Positions 63,218-64,000 of a DNA stretch of 64,000 nt are shown here, piece by piece. Under the pieces are notes generated by a model. The model saw only the letters and a program-made list of their open reading frames with translations, did not search any database and was not told where the DNA came from. The position numbers and the translations under genes are program-made. Within the stretch, counting starts at the first letter, position 1, and each line of letters opens with the position of its first letter. The DNA comes from Wickerhamiella versatilis (Eukaryota). The stretch covers positions 496,001 to 560,000 of the forward strand of contig JAQOWU010000001.1 of the NCBI GenBank assembly GCA_030867685.1, given 5' to 3'.

Positions 63218-64000
63218 ATGGAGTATCTTTCAGACGTGAAGGAGCTGACCCGCGACGTTTGGTCAACAGCCAAGCCGAGAGAAATTGATCCTAGTGACCT
63301 TAAAGGCCGTGTGTACATAGTCACTGGAGGTTCAAGCGGAATCGGCTTCGAAGCAGCACGGTATCTTATCCAAGCCGGTGCCAAGGTGTATATTACTGGA
63401 GGCACCCCAGCAAATATTACACGTGCTGTGGACGAGTTATCAAATGTGAAACAAGGCGAGGTCCATGTGCTACCACTCAACAATTTGGATTTGTCGTCCA
63501 TCAAACCTGCAGTGACCCAATTCCTCCAGCAGGAATCTCGTCTGGATGGGATCCTGCATAATGCAGGAATAAATTACCGCGGTCAAAATTACACGAAAGA
63601 TGGACTACTAGACATCATTCAAGTAAACGTAGTCGCACCATGGCTTTTGCAGAAATTGCTCGATTCGCTTCTCATTCAAACAGGATCCTCGAGAATTGTT
63701 TGGGTAACCAGTGCAATACACTTTTATAGTCCACCGTGCGGTGGCATTGATTGGGAGAATATGTCTAGTTTTGACTCCGGTGGCTATCTAGGAGCTGGCA
63801 ATGGCATGTACGGGCAGACGAAAGCTATGAACATCTATGAGGCAGTTCTTTGGGCAAAACATCACAAGGATACTGATGTTATATCTGTTAGCGCACATCC
63901 GGGAACGATAGTCTCTGATATCCGTCGGGTAAACAGGTGGCGTAAGTTTGTCATGGAGCTTTGGGCGCGGCCGACCACATATGGAGCGCTGGCTGAGCTA
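63218..64000 (+). CDS. Short-chain dehydrogenase/reductase (retinol-DH/Env9-like), runs off the window end
   Basis: Read manually: MEYLSDVKEL...VYIVTGGSSGIGFEAA, LHNAGI, the catalytic YGQTK and AHPG. It is absent from the ORF track because no stop lies in the window. Confidence 0.85.
   Translation, partial: MEYLSDVKELTRDVWSTAKPREIDPSDLKGRVYIVTGGSSGIGFEAARYLIQAGAKVYITGGTPANITRAVDELSNVKQGEVHVLPLNNLDLSSIKPAVTQFLQQESRLDGILHNAGINYRGQNYTKDGLLDIIQVNVVAPWLLQKLLDSLLIQTGSSRIVWVTSAIHFYSPPCGGIDWENMSSFDSGGYLGAGNGMYGQTKAMNIYEAVLWAKHHKDTDVISVSAHPGTIVSDIRRVNRWRKFVMELWARPTTYGALAEL

Noticed and set aside
1-64000. Transposons, LTRs, CRISPR arrays and rRNA
   Set aside because: No transposase, reverse transcriptase or integrase motifs, long terminal repeats, regular repeat-spacer arrays or rRNA signatures were seen.

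Overview
This is gene-dense, apparently intron-free eukaryotic DNA from a budding yeast (Saccharomycotina). It holds about 48 protein-coding genes and one tRNA-Gly(GCC). Most genes are housekeeping orthologues (ROT2, STR3, GLO3, TIM21, PAC1, RPL25, MSH1, CKS1, HSL7, HRT1, PHA2, ATP11, SMI1, RPS19, PHB2 and others). Nuclear Complex I subunits and a sphingolipid delta-8 desaturase place it outside the Saccharomyces lineage. Very short intergenic gaps, no visible introns and bacterial-looking enzymes suggest the Wickerhamiella/Starmerella clade (inference). Highlights: (1) a bacterial-type adenosine/adenine deaminase 25 nt upstream of a fungal allantoate-family permease, in an operon-like pair; (2) a bacterial-type NADP alcohol dehydrogenase; (3) a truncated GCP5-like gamma-tubulin complex gene; (4) small ORFs that are easy to miss (ssSPT/Tsc3-like, Spo12, Dad3); (5) tandem duplications of GPC1 and ECM3-like genes; (6) an extended Tbf1-like motif shared by both ribosomal protein promoters; (7) a recurring TGACT(A/C)ATCA element close to start codons. 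No mobile elements or CRISPR arrays were seen. All family assignments come from motif recognition by eye, not from database searches.
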